A stretch of 51,406 nucleotides of DNA, from positions 1 to 51,406 of the IMG/VR virus record IMGVR_UViG_3300049811_000206. One strand, written 5' to 3'. The notes under the pieces are model-generated. The model did not search any database and was not told where the DNA came from. It saw nothing but the letters and a program-made list of their open reading frames with translations. Position numbers and translations under genes: made by a program. The DNA is from a virus. This document shows, piece by piece, positions 38,773 through 47,579 of this stretch (the first letter of the stretch is position 1; every line of letters starts with the position of its first letter).

Positions 38773-39173
38773 TATGCGCCTTGGTTGACTTGCAGCACGC
38801 AAGCCCAAAGGCGCGGAAGACATTCACGTGCCAAGGTTGCCCCGTTCGTGCCTCGCGCAAGTGCGACACGCCGGGGTTTTCCCATTTGAAAAACCCGCTG
38901 GGGATTGACGCGGCCAGCTTGAAATATTCGTTTTGTGCCGCAAAGGCGGGCTGGTATCCCGAAATAATTGACGTATTCGAACAATGCCGGGTTGCCTACC
39001 TGACCGGCATTCTACCGCAATCCGGTGGGTTAGATGACCAACCGGCACTTTTTGCTATGGTATTCCCGGCTTTTGTCGATAGGTTTAGGGCTAGAACATA
39101 CGCTAGAATATGGGAAGACGTTTCAGACTATTCCCAACAAATCCTAAACGCGATTTTCGGGAAAAAGAAGTGA
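38296..39173 (+). CDS. Tail assembly chaperone -1 frameshift product (gpGT-like)
   Basis: The -1 frame is open from the slippery heptamer (38763-38769) to 39173. After the slip, reading continues at 38769 as LICALVDLQHASPK. Confidence 0.7.
38763..38769 (+). promoter_or_regulatory. -1 programmed frameshift slippery heptamer A_AAA_AAC
   Basis: The zero frame reads GCA AAA AAC TGA. The X_XXY_YYZ pattern sits immediately before the stop, and the downstream ORF is in the -1 frame. Confidence 0.75.
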
Positions 39174-39183
39174 GGGGTTGCAC

Positions 39184-42100
39184 ATGGCCGTGCGCACAGA
39201 CGCCGAATTTTTGACCAAGCTGACTGCCAAAGATAGCCTTTCCCCCGCCCTAAGCAGTGTCACGTCATTGGCTGACAACACGCTGAAGTCATTGGATCGG
39301 CTTGGCCTGTCAATCATTACCCTGAACCAAGCATGGGAATTGGGCAAAAAGGCTGTTGAAGCCTTGATTGGCCCGATTGAAACCGTGCTTGACGCCTATG
39401 CCGAAGCCGAAAAAGCCAATGCCCGCTTGGCCAACAGCCTGCGCCTTCAGGGGCAATACACCAAGGAAGCCATGCAAGGCTTCACGGCGTTCGCCCGCGA
39501 AATGCAGCGCACCACGATGGCCGAAGATGACCAAGTGCTGGGCATGCTGGCCACGGCCAAGGCCATGGGCGTGACGGACGAAATGGCCAAGAAAATGGTG
39601 CAAACCGCGATTGACTTGGCGGGTGCCATGGGCACAGACGTGCAATCAGCATTTGCCGACATTCAAGGAACACTTGCCGGGATGGCTCGGGGCGTGTCCA
39701 AGGTTGTTCCTGAATTGCGGCTTTTGACCCAAGAAGAATTGCGGGCGGGTAAGGGTGTGGACATGCTGGCCGAACGCTTGGCCGGATCGGGCGAACGCGC
39801 AACAAAAACCATGATTGGAATGGCTGCCCAAACCCGCAACGCTTGGGCAGACGTTTTGGAAGAATTGGGTGGCCTACTTCGGGACGCCTTCCGCCTTCCC
39901 GGCAGTGACGCCAGCGGTGTGGTGGGAATGCTAGGCGATATTCGGGACGCCATTGAATCCTTGCGCGAACCGGCTAAGGCCATGCGGATTGAAATGCAAG
40001 CCTTCTTTGGGGGCATGCGCGAAGGTTTGGCAAGCGTGGATTGGAAGGGCTTGGCCGATTCCATGAAGGTGGCAGCCGTTGCCGCTGGTGTTTTGCTTCT
40101 CGCCATGCAGGGAAGCCTTGCCCTCGGGGCGGTTGTCTATTTCGGTGACCTGGCGCTGACGGTAGGAAAGGCAGCCCTGGCGTATGGCAAGCTGGCCTTG
40201 TCTGCCTCGTTTGCTGCCTTAAAGGTTGGCCTTGTGGCCGCTGGTATCATGACCACGGTTGTGGGCATTGACCTTTTTGTGCGCAACCTGTCTCGCTTGG
40301 ATCAGCTTTTCACTCTGTTTTTCACCCACGTCATTGGTGGCCTAACTGTCATTGCGCAGGCGTTCACGAAATTGCTTGGCATGGACAAGCTGACGGCTTC
40401 CCTCGAAAAGGGAATGGAACAGCTGGCAATCAAGGCGGAAGCGGCCAAAGATGGCATGGATTGGGGCATTGCCGGGAAGGCAATGGAACAGCTTAAAACC
40501 TTCATGGACGGGTTCCAAAAGGGTGCGGACGGGACAGCCGACAGCCTGAAAAAGGCAGCGGACGCGGCTGAAAAATATGGAAACGTTGCCGGTAGCGCAT
40601 TGCGCGGGCTTCGTCCCCTTACCGAAGAAAACCGCAAACAGCTTGATGACATAATCAAGAAGACGGAAGACTTGCAGCTGAAGGCCCAAATGCGTGGGTT
40701 GTCTGAAGCGCAAGCGGCACAAGTGGAATTGCGTGCCATGCTTGACAAGGCTGATGCGCTTGAAAAAGCGATCAAGCTTCAAAAGGCAATGACACCCGCG
40801 ATTCTGGCGCAAATTGACGCCTACCGCGAAGCTGCAAAATCGGACGCAAGCGCACGCATGTTTGATGCACAGAAAAAAGCGCTTCAAGAAGTTACGGAAA
40901 TGGTCAGGAAGTATCAATTTTCGATGGCTTCCGCCTTCTCGGATTTGACGGGTATTGGTGGGGAAGTCACTGGCATTTGGGAAGCGCAAAGCAAGGCAAT
41001 GGACGAAATTGCCGAAAAGCGCAACGCCATGAAGGAAGCCGGAACCATGACGCCTGAAGCTGAACAAAAGCTTCAGGGCGCTGAATCGGACGTGCGCAAT
41101 AAGGCGATTCTTGGATATTTGAAGGCTGGTGCATCTTACATTGGGGCGGCTATTTCCAAGGGAGCGGAAGCCATTGCAGGTGTTATGTCGGGAAAATATC
41201 TTGACTATCTTTCAAGCATAATTGAAACGATTGCCAACCTTCCCGACACGTTAATGAAAGCGTTTGATAGGCTTGACGTGGCTATTGGAAGCTTGATTGA
41301 AAAGCTTCCTGGCATGCTTGACAATTTCTTGACAAAGCTTCCAAGCCTTATTGACAAAATTGTTGCCGCAATTCCACGCTTGGTTCAGGGCATTCTTGAC
41401 GCCATACCGAAGCTGGTGGATGGCTTGGTGAAAGCTATTCCGAAGCTGGTGGATGCGCTATTGAAGGCTATGCCCGCAATCACTAAAAGCATGTCGGAAC
41501 AAATCCCGAAAATTATGGGAATGCTGTTAGATCAGCTACCCAAGATTTTCAATAAGCTGCCGGAAATCATACAGCCCTTGATTGACATGATTCCAAAAAT
41601 GTTTGAACAGCTTATGGCCAAGCTGCCCGAAATTATTGAAAGTCTTTTGGGCGCACTTGGGAAAATCATTGGAAGCATTATTCGAATTATTCCTACGTTG
41701 ATTGTCACTCTTTTTCAGCGTTTGCCTGACATTATTGAAAAATTCATTTCCGGTTTCATTGGCGCAATCGGGGAAATTGTTGCGGCCATTATTGACGCCT
41801 TCATTGTGAAGGGTGGCATTTTCAAAATTGTGGGCGCGTTCATTATGATGATTCCTCGCATTGTGTGGGCAATCGTTAATGGCGTGGCAATCGGAATCAA
41901 AAAGTTTTTCCAAGCTTTCAGCTTCAAGGGAACAAAATTTATTGAGGGCGCAAAGCAAATACCGAAGGATTTTGAAAAGGCTGCGAGTAAGCTTGGCAAG
42001 GCGATTGTTCGAGATACCAGTCAGCTATTTAAAGTGTCTGAATTGACGCAAGCGGTGCGCGGCACTGACCTAGCTGACCGCATTCGGGATTCAATCAACG

Positions 42101-43014
42101 GGGCTGTTGAAGGCTTCACAATCAAAATTCAAGGTGTTTGGCAGGCTATCATGGACCTGTTCAAAAAAGCGTGGTTGTGGGTTCGTGACGAAATTTTTGC
42201 CCCAATAGGTCGGTGGCTGCGAAGCGCTTGGCAATTTGTGTTGGATTTCTTCTACAGCTTTGCCGCGCTAATCAAATCAGCGTGGGAAGACATTCTTAAT
42301 TTTTTCAGAAATTTTCGACAGGTAATCAATGACGGATGGCAAGGCGTCAAAGACTTTTTCAGCGGGTTAGCAAACGCCTTTTATGACCTCGGAAATCAGC
42401 TTTGGCTTGGCCTGCGCAATGGTATGGTTTCCGGGCTTATGGCTGTATTTGAAGGGCTAATGAAACCCCTGCGGGATTTGTGGAACACAATGACAAATTG
42501 GAAGCTTCCAAGCTTTCCAACATTTTCATGGCCAAAATTTCCAAAATTCACATGGCCCGAAATTCCTGCCCCGGGATGGCTAAAAGATATCGGTGGCGGC
42601 GGGGGCGGTGGAGGAAAAGCCTGGTATGACCCTAGTGGGTGGTCACTTGCCAGTGGTGGCATGGTGGAATCCCTGACCCGTTACCTGGAACAGGGTGGGA
42701 TGACTTACGCGGCTGATGGGTATTTCAAGCCGAAGGGCACGGACACGGTGCCAGCCATGTTAACCCCTGGCGAGTTTGTTGTAAGCAGGCAGCCCGCGCA
42801 AGCAAACGCTGGTTTGTTGGCCGCTATTAACGGTTCGCGTGGCCCATTGCAAACGGGCGGTGGAAGCTTGGTGCTTAACGTAACAATAAACGCAAAAACA
42901 AATTTGACGCCCGATCAGGTGCGCACGGAAGTGGTGCCGGTGATTGAGCGGGCGCTAAAACGCAAATCACTTGACGGCGGCTTTGTGCTGGCGAGTAGCG
43001 GGGTGCGGGCATGA
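39184..43014 (+). CDS. Tape measure protein
   Basis: 1276 aa, with GAGGGG 6 nt before ATG 39184. It is helical and Ala/Leu/Lys-rich, with 11-residue (I/L)P-x-(I/L) repeats and a G7 tract. The C-terminus TVPAMLTPGEFVVSRQPAQANAGLLAAINGSRG is typical of TMPs. Confidence 0.9.
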   Translation: MAVRTDAEFLTKLTAKDSLSPALSSVTSLADNTLKSLDRLGLSIITLNQAWELGKKAVEALIGPIETVLDAYAEAEKANARLANSLRLQGQYTKEAMQGFTAFAREMQRTTMAEDDQVLGMLATAKAMGVTDEMAKKMVQTAIDLAGAMGTDVQSAFADIQGTLAGMARGVSKVVPELRLLTQEELRAGKGVDMLAERLAGSGERATKTMIGMAAQTRNAWADVLEELGGLLRDAFRLPGSDASGVVGMLGDIRDAIESLREPAKAMRIEMQAFFGGMREGLASVDWKGLADSMKVAAVAAGVLLLAMQGSLALGAVVYFGDLALTVGKAALAYGKLALSASFAALKVGLVAAGIMTTVVGIDLFVRNLSRLDQLFTLFFTHVIGGLTVIAQAFTKLLGMDKLTASLEKGMEQLAIKAEAAKDGMDWGIAGKAMEQLKTFMDGFQKGADGTADSLKKAADAAEKYGNVAGSALRGLRPLTEENRKQLDDIIKKTEDLQLKAQMRGLSEAQAAQVELRAMLDKADALEKAIKLQKAMTPAILAQIDAYREAAKSDASARMFDAQKKALQEVTEMVRKYQFSMASAFSDLTGIGGEVTGIWEAQSKAMDEIAEKRNAMKEAGTMTPEAEQKLQGAESDVRNKAILGYLKAGASYIGAAISKGAEAIAGVMSGKYLDYLSSIIETIANLPDTLMKAFDRLDVAIGSLIEKLPGMLDNFLTKLPSLIDKIVAAIPRLVQGILDAIPKLVDGLVKAIPKLVDALLKAMPAITKSMSEQIPKIMGMLLDQLPKIFNKLPEIIQPLIDMIPKMFEQLMAKLPEIIESLLGALGKIIGSIIRIIPTLIVTLFQRLPDIIEKFISGFIGAIGEIVAAIIDAFIVKGGIFKIVGAFIMMIPRIVWAIVNGVAIGIKKFFQAFSFKGTKFIEGAKQIPKDFEKAASKLGKAIVRDTSQLFKVSELTQAVRGTDLADRIRDSINGAVEGFTIKIQGVWQAIMDLFKKAWLWVRDEIFAPIGRWLRSAWQFVLDFFYSFAALIKSAWEDILNFFRNFRQVINDGWQGVKDFFSGLANAFYDLGNQLWLGLRNGMVSGLMAVFEGLMKPLRDLWNTMTNWKLPSFPTFSWPKFPKFTWPEIPAPGWLKDIGGGGGGGGKAWYDPSGWSLASGGMVESLTRYLEQGGMTYAADGYFKPKGTDTVPAMLTPGEFVVSRQPAQANAGLLAAINGSRGPLQTGGGSLVLNVTINAKTNLTPDQVRTEVVPVIERALKRKSLDGGFVLASSGVRA

Positions 43015-44723
43015 TTACAGGCTACCTTGAGCGGCCCTATTTGGCCGATTCCTATTTGTCCGGGTTCAATGACGGCGTGTTGACCGGGGCGCAAGTGCGC
43101 ATGGTTGTGGATCGGCAGGCGGCCACGCACATGCAAGTCATGCTTCAGGTGCTTGACAAGCTGAACGCGCTTCATGTCCAGCTGAACCAAGTGGTGAATG
43201 CTGACGGTCATACCTTGGGCCAAGTCACCCAGCAAGTGGATGCGACCAACCGAACCCCCACGCAAGTGCTGATGCGCGTTGTGGACAAGTATGTGCAGCT
43301 TCGGGCACAAGCCGACATGGTGCTTGAAGCTGTTGGCATGCCGGTCAAGGCCCAAGTGCAACAGGTTGTTGATAAGCTGGGGACGATGGAAGCCCAAGTG
43401 CTTTCAATCGTCATGAAAACCACCAGCGTGGGCACGCAAGTCAACATGCAAACAGACGGCCAGCGGGTGGCCGGGATGCAACAGAAAATTAGCCCATTGT
43501 TCCAACACTTGCAGCCAAATTACCTTCAATATGCTTACCTGACCACGCCCTACTTGGCCGCTGAAATGCACGCCTTGCAAGGTGTTCAGGTTGCAATGAA
43601 TTCAACCGTGAATCGGGAAACTTTCGCGCAAGTCAATCAGGTCATTTTGCGCGACGTGATTCCCCACATGCAAGCCAACATGGTTGTGTTCAAGGAAATA
43701 CCGCTTGCCTCGCAAGTGGCCATGCGCATTTTGGACCGTCCGGTTGACACCCCCATGCAGGTCAATCAACAAATTGCGGACCACTTGGTGCGCTCCAAAT
43801 CGCAAGTGCTGATGCAAATTGTGGATCATGAGAAGCCCTTGCGCATGCAAGTGCTTATGGTGAAAGCTGCCGACACGCAAGCCCAAGTCACCATGGTCAT
43901 ATACAACACCACGCAATTGCGCATGCTGCGCCAATTCCCCTCGCGCGGGACGCCAGCCTTGGGTGGAACCAATTGGGTTTCCGATCCACCCCCGCCCGCT
44001 GGTGACTTCTCACCCAACAACCTGAACACGGACGTGATTGAACAGTGTTGGCGAACGCCTGACGGTGTGACTGCCCTGGCGTCTTTGATTTGTGACACGG
44101 GCTTGCCGCAAGGGGCCTTTGTGGACACGGCGGCTATTCTTGGCCACAACCTGACGCGAAGCGCCACGGTCACGTTACAGGGAAGCGCTGTTTCAGACTT
44201 TTCCACGGTTGGATTTTCCACCGTGCTGAACAGCGAAGAATTGAATACCTATTACATTTCCCCGGACCTTCCCACGGCTGGGTTTAGGTATTGGCGCTTC
44301 CTTATCGAAGACCCGACCAACCCGGACGGATACCTGAAAATTGGAACAATTATTTTCGGTGCTTCGGAAATCTTCAGCACGTTGGAAAGTTTCACCAACC
44401 CAATCGTGCAGGGGCAAAAGCATTTCAAAGACGTGGTGGAAACCGAAGGCTTCACGAATGTCAGCAATGACCGGGCACTTAGGCGCTACCTGCAATTGAA
44501 TTTCCAAGCGTTGCTTCGAAACAACGGCAATTTCAGGAAGCTTGAGGAAACCTATATGCAGGCGCGGACGGGCTTGAAAGTGCTTTATATCCCAACGCCC
44601 ACCTATCCTTCCCGGTTTGCTATCTTCGGAAAATTGACAAGCATGCCCGAGACAACCCACACCAGCAACGGCGTCAATGAAGAATACATTGATTTGAAGC
44701 TGGACATTGACGAAAGCCTGTAA
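43011..44723 (+). CDS. Distal-tail-position protein with an N-terminal Q-V repeat domain
   Basis: ATGA overlap with the TMP. Residues about 25-300 are roughly 17 degenerate 14-15-aa repeats. The C-terminal roughly 270 aa are beta-rich (GFRYWRFLIEDPTNPDGYLKIGTIIFG). Confidence 0.6.
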   Translation: MITGYLERPYLADSYLSGFNDGVLTGAQVRMVVDRQAATHMQVMLQVLDKLNALHVQLNQVVNADGHTLGQVTQQVDATNRTPTQVLMRVVDKYVQLRAQADMVLEAVGMPVKAQVQQVVDKLGTMEAQVLSIVMKTTSVGTQVNMQTDGQRVAGMQQKISPLFQHLQPNYLQYAYLTTPYLAAEMHALQGVQVAMNSTVNRETFAQVNQVILRDVIPHMQANMVVFKEIPLASQVAMRILDRPVDTPMQVNQQIADHLVRSKSQVLMQIVDHEKPLRMQVLMVKAADTQAQVTMVIYNTTQLRMLRQFPSRGTPALGGTNWVSDPPPPAGDFSPNNLNTDVIEQCWRTPDGVTALASLICDTGLPQGAFVDTAAILGHNLTRSATVTLQGSAVSDFSTVGFSTVLNSEELNTYYISPDLPTAGFRYWRFLIEDPTNPDGYLKIGTIIFGASEIFSTLESFTNPIVQGQKHFKDVVETEGFTNVSNDRALRRYLQLNFQALLRNNGNFRKLEETYMQARTGLKVLYIPTPTYPSRFAIFGKLTSMPETTHTSNGVNEEYIDLKLDIDESL

Positions 44724-44727
44724 CCCT

Positions 44728-46401
44728 ATGGCAACAAGCGATAGAAGGCCATATCTGACAGCGCCCGCACTCACGCAGGCGCTTTTGGATCAATGCCAAG
44801 ACAATCTTGAAGGAAAGCTGGAAATGGTGGCAGACATTGAAACCCCCCTTGGGGTTTTGCACGTCAGCGACCGCAACAAATATGTGGGTGGCACCTTCTA
44901 TAAGGCAGCAACCAAATTTCCCGCCGTCAAACGAACCCTTGGTGATTGGCTTTCGCCCGAATTGGAGTTTTCAACCCTAACCATTCAAGTCAGCAATGTG
45001 GACGGCAGCCTAAACCGATACTTACCGGCTGGGGCTGATTTTGGTGGGTGGATTGGGCGGGCTGTGGAAGTAAGGCTTGGTTTACGTGACGTTGCCGCAA
45101 GTTACACCACAATATTCAAGGGCTTTGTCACAGAAGTGGGCGGCTTCAGCCGCGATATTGGAAGCATTACGTTAATAGCTCGGGATCGGTTTGACAAGCT
45201 GAATTCAGACTTCCCCACTAGCGTTTTCACAAGTGACGCATACCCCGATATTGACCCTAACTTGATTGGCGTGGTTGTCCCCGTGGTGTATGGGGATTGG
45301 ACGGTTGCCGTCAACAGCGACATGGCCAGCGTTCCAGCCTACCCCGTCAATTCCAAAAACCCTGGTGTTATTGCGGGTTCCAACAACCTTTTGCTTCATA
45401 TTTCCGAAAACGCTTTGCTTGACTTTGACCCGGCAAACGTGTGGTTGCGCCGTGGCAGTGATTTCACCCAGGTGCCAAACGCCAGTGTTGTGAATGTGGC
45501 GGTGGACAAGCGCACATTCGAAATTGCCCAAGGGGGCGGTTACACGTGGTCAGACGGGGATACCTTCTTTGTGCGCGTGAAGGGCAAAGATTTGGGGGCC
45601 TATTCTGGCAACCCTGTGTCAATCGCCAAGGATATGCTTGCCACCTATGGGGGCCTGTTGGCGGGGGATTTCAACCCCAATTGGGACACCCTGCGGGATA
45701 AGGCCACCCCTGCCCCGGACGCGATTGCAAGCATGAAAGCCCGTGTTTGGCTACAAGAACCCCAAAAGCTGATGGCTTACGTGGCTAGTTTGCTGGAACA
45801 GGTCCGGCTTGAACCCTTCCTTTCGCGTGACCTGACCCTGAAGCTGAACAGCATGCACTTTTCGGATTTTGTGGCCTCACCCAGCCACATGGTGCGCAAT
45901 TGGGACGTGCAGCGCGGAAGCTTTAAGCCCGTTCTTGATGACCGAAACCAGTGGAATAGGGCGAGGGGGGAATATTGCTTTGACCCGCTATCAAATGGCA
46001 ACCTGAACCAAACGCCCGTATTCCGCAACCAGGCAGCAATTACCCAAGCCGGGAAGGCCATTAGCAAAAAAGTGGTGTTCCCCAACCTTTATGAATCGGC
46101 TACAGTGGAACAACAGCTTGCAGAAATGCTAAAATTGGCCAGTAGCTACGCAGAATTTTGCGAAATGAATTTGACCAATCGCGCAATGCTTCGGGACGTT
46201 GGTGACTTTGTGAAACTGAATGTTCAAATCGGATCAACGCAATTTGTGGACGTACCTGCAATGGTGCGTGAATTGTCTTATGACCCGAAGGGAATGTTGC
46301 CCGTGCGTGTTTGGTCCATGCAAATGGTGCCCTTCTCGGGCTGGGCACCCGGCTATGCTGGCATTGTGGGCGGTAGCACCGCCGTAATCACTCAAGAGTA
46401 A
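44728..46401 (+). CDS. Tail tip / hub protein (Tal-position)
   Basis: 557 aa, following the distal tail gene. The N-terminus ...ELEFSTLTIQVSNVDGSLNRYL...GRAVEVRLGL... resembles hub proteins of GTA-like and siphovirus tails. This is from recall only. Confidence 0.55.
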   Translation: MATSDRRPYLTAPALTQALLDQCQDNLEGKLEMVADIETPLGVLHVSDRNKYVGGTFYKAATKFPAVKRTLGDWLSPELEFSTLTIQVSNVDGSLNRYLPAGADFGGWIGRAVEVRLGLRDVAASYTTIFKGFVTEVGGFSRDIGSITLIARDRFDKLNSDFPTSVFTSDAYPDIDPNLIGVVVPVVYGDWTVAVNSDMASVPAYPVNSKNPGVIAGSNNLLLHISENALLDFDPANVWLRRGSDFTQVPNASVVNVAVDKRTFEIAQGGGYTWSDGDTFFVRVKGKDLGAYSGNPVSIAKDMLATYGGLLAGDFNPNWDTLRDKATPAPDAIASMKARVWLQEPQKLMAYVASLLEQVRLEPFLSRDLTLKLNSMHFSDFVASPSHMVRNWDVQRGSFKPVLDDRNQWNRARGEYCFDPLSNGNLNQTPVFRNQAAITQAGKAISKKVVFPNLYESATVEQQLAEMLKLASSYAEFCEMNLTNRAMLRDVGDFVKLNVQIGSTQFVDVPAMVRELSYDPKGMLPVRVWSMQMVPFSGWAPGYAGIVGGSTAVITQE

Positions 46402-46417
46402 TTGAAAGGGGAAATTC

Positions 46418-47083
46418 ATGGCGGTCAACCTGACTATCAGCAAAACGGTCACAGGCTCACAAGTCAATGACACCTTGGCGGGTGGTTCCAGCGGCTTGGA
46501 TTTGGGCAGCGTGGTGAACGGGAAATATTGCCCGATCATTTCGCAATCAAGCAACACCGGGTGGCAACAGCTTTATATCCGGCATGACGCGACAATTAAC
46601 GAAATCGACAACGTGAAAACGTTTATTGCGCAATTCAGCGGCACATACGGCGGCGCAGTGTCGGCAGCGGCAGACTTCGCCACGTTGAAGGCCAAAGGTA
46701 ACGCGGACGCCGAAACCACAGCCAACAACAATGACGGCTTGGCCTCGGGCCTTCGCATGGAACACGGCGCTGACTTGGCGGGTGCCTTGGGCGCTTCGGC
46801 GTTCCTTCCCTCGCGTGCACAGGTCAAAATTTATGGCAACAACAACACGGACGGCATTGACTTGGCTTCCGCGTTCGCCGTTCATGAAGACGCCATGACG
46901 TATTGGAACGGTTCCAGTGAAGTGGTTGCAACCACGCCAGTGGCGGGGAAAATTGGAAAATCCACGGACGCCGTGCTTGGCAACCGGGCCAATTTGAAGC
47001 TTCGCTTCTACCTTGAACAGGCCGCCCCGGACGGCGGAATTTTGCAATTTGATTGGGTTACGGCGTATAGTTTCACCGCGTAA
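46418..47083 (+). CDS. Hypothetical tail protein
   Basis: GAAAGGGGA RBS. 221 aa. Confidence 0.65.
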   Translation: MAVNLTISKTVTGSQVNDTLAGGSSGLDLGSVVNGKYCPIISQSSNTGWQQLYIRHDATINEIDNVKTFIAQFSGTYGGAVSAAADFATLKAKGNADAETTANNNDGLASGLRMEHGADLAGALGASAFLPSRAQVKIYGNNNTDGIDLASAFAVHEDAMTYWNGSSEVVATTPVAGKIGKSTDAVLGNRANLKLRFYLEQAAPDGGILQFDWVTAYSFTA

Positions 47084-47155
47084 TTCAATGGCTTCAAAGC
47101 CCTGTCACGTGGCCTTCGGGCGCGTGACGGGGCAGTGTGCTAAAAGGGGTTTGGA

Positions 47156-47569
47156 ATGAACGCAGGGTTAGAACCACTTTATAGACTTCGCTGGCGCTTT
47201 GATTATGCCGACCGGGCCAGCAAGTGCGGAATGTGGTGCTATGCGTCAAACCGCCCCGAGGAAATGGCATGTTTTCAAAACACCACTGGTTTGGTTCGCG
47301 CGTGTGTTCAGGCGGAAAACCTGAAGACATGGGAAACCGAAGACGTGGTGGAATGTGACGGGCATGACTTTGTTGAATTCCGTTGGGTGACTGCCGTTTC
47401 CATGAATCCGCTCATGCTTCAAGGAAGTTTCACCAGCCCCGGCACCATTGTGGGCCTCGAATTGATTACCCGGGCCAAGCGTGCAACAGCACTTGTGAAT
47501 GGAAAACTGCTAGTGCGTGAGCGCACGGCGGAAGAAATGTTGAACAATTTAGACCAATATCGGAAGTAA
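47156..47569 (+). CDS. Hypothetical protein
   Basis: AAAAGGGG RBS. 137 aa. Confidence 0.6.
   Translation: MNAGLEPLYRLRWRFDYADRASKCGMWCYASNRPEEMACFQNTTGLVRACVQAENLKTWETEDVVECDGHDFVEFRWVTAVSMNPLMLQGSFTSPGTIVGLELITRAKRATALVNGKLLVRERTAEEMLNNLDQYRK
47534..47550. promoter_or_regulatory. Degenerate copy 7 of the palindromic element (GAAATGTTGAACAATTT)
   Basis: The core TGTTGAACAA is conserved. It lies inside the 3' end of 47156..47569, 30 nt upstream of ATG 47580. Confidence 0.35.
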
Positions 47570-47579
47570 GGGGGAAGAC

